Shown piece after piece: positions 63,636-64,000 of a stretch of DNA of 64,000 nucleotides. The stretch's first letter is position 1. Every line of letters begins with the position of its first letter. Made by a program: the position numbers and the translations under genes. Source of the stretch: Macrostomum lignano (lineage: Eukaryota); assembly GCA_002269645.1 (NCBI GenBank), contig NIVC01001300.1, forward strand, positions 124,001 through 188,000, read 5' to 3'. Under the pieces are notes generated by a model, which saw nothing but the letters and a program-made list of their open reading frames with translations, did no database searches and had not been told where the DNA came from.

Positions 63636-64000
63636 TCTATACAACAAGCCATACATTTCAAATACCCCAATTAAAATGACACACCATAATCAGGTACCTG
63701 ATGAAACTGGCATACCTGGCGATGTCGCATCTCATAATTGTCAGCCACTTGAAAGTACCCACTTGTGATGACGATCCCATTTCTTGAGACTTCGCGCAAT
63801 TTTCGAAAACATTTTTATTCATACATTGCTTAGAGTTGTAGCTTACTTTACTTGTATCATCTGTTTAATCTAGATTTATTTGTTATTTATTTCATTTTTT
63901 CATTTGGTTGCGATTATTTTAATGCTGCTACTTTCTGTAGTTTAAAACGCTCAGAGTAAAACAAACAAATGATATTTATTTTAATGCATGTCATTAGATT

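Noticed and set aside
62308-63679. Mucin-like or repetitive ORFs of 324-446 aa
   Set aside because: 21-bp minisatellite open in five frames, lying in a probable intron.

Overview
Eukaryotic (invertebrate animal) genomic DNA, very rich in repeats. Short GT-AG introns and huge intronic microsatellites resemble free-living flatworm (Macrostomum-type) genomes, but the species cannot be confirmed from the sequence. Host genes: 5' part of a flavin monooxygenase (minus), a two-exon rhodopsin-class GPCR with aberrant DRY/NPxxY motifs (plus), an SRCR-SRCR-ZP protein (minus), ALG2 (plus), an intronless KDSR (plus) and the 3' part of a Crumbs-like EGF/LamG membrane protein with a non-Crumbs tail (plus, after a 549-N gap). 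Best candidate for an undescribed system: a 9,489-bp element (29327-38815) bounded by ~118-bp terminal inverted repeats and inserted in phase in a (TAC)n microsatellite. It encodes an apparently intact ~1,312-aa Maverick/Polinton-type protein-primed DNA polymerase split by six spliceosomal introns, three of them inside the catalytic motifs. No integrase, capsid, ATPase or adenain protease gene is recognisable. Other mobile DNA: a young 1.1-kb TRIM-like LTR element, a hAT-like MITE inserted in inverted orientation into a copy of itself, several CORE-type tRNA SINEs, LOA-type LINE and Gypsy remnants, and small palindromic MITEs. All exon structures were derived by hand; no database searches were run.
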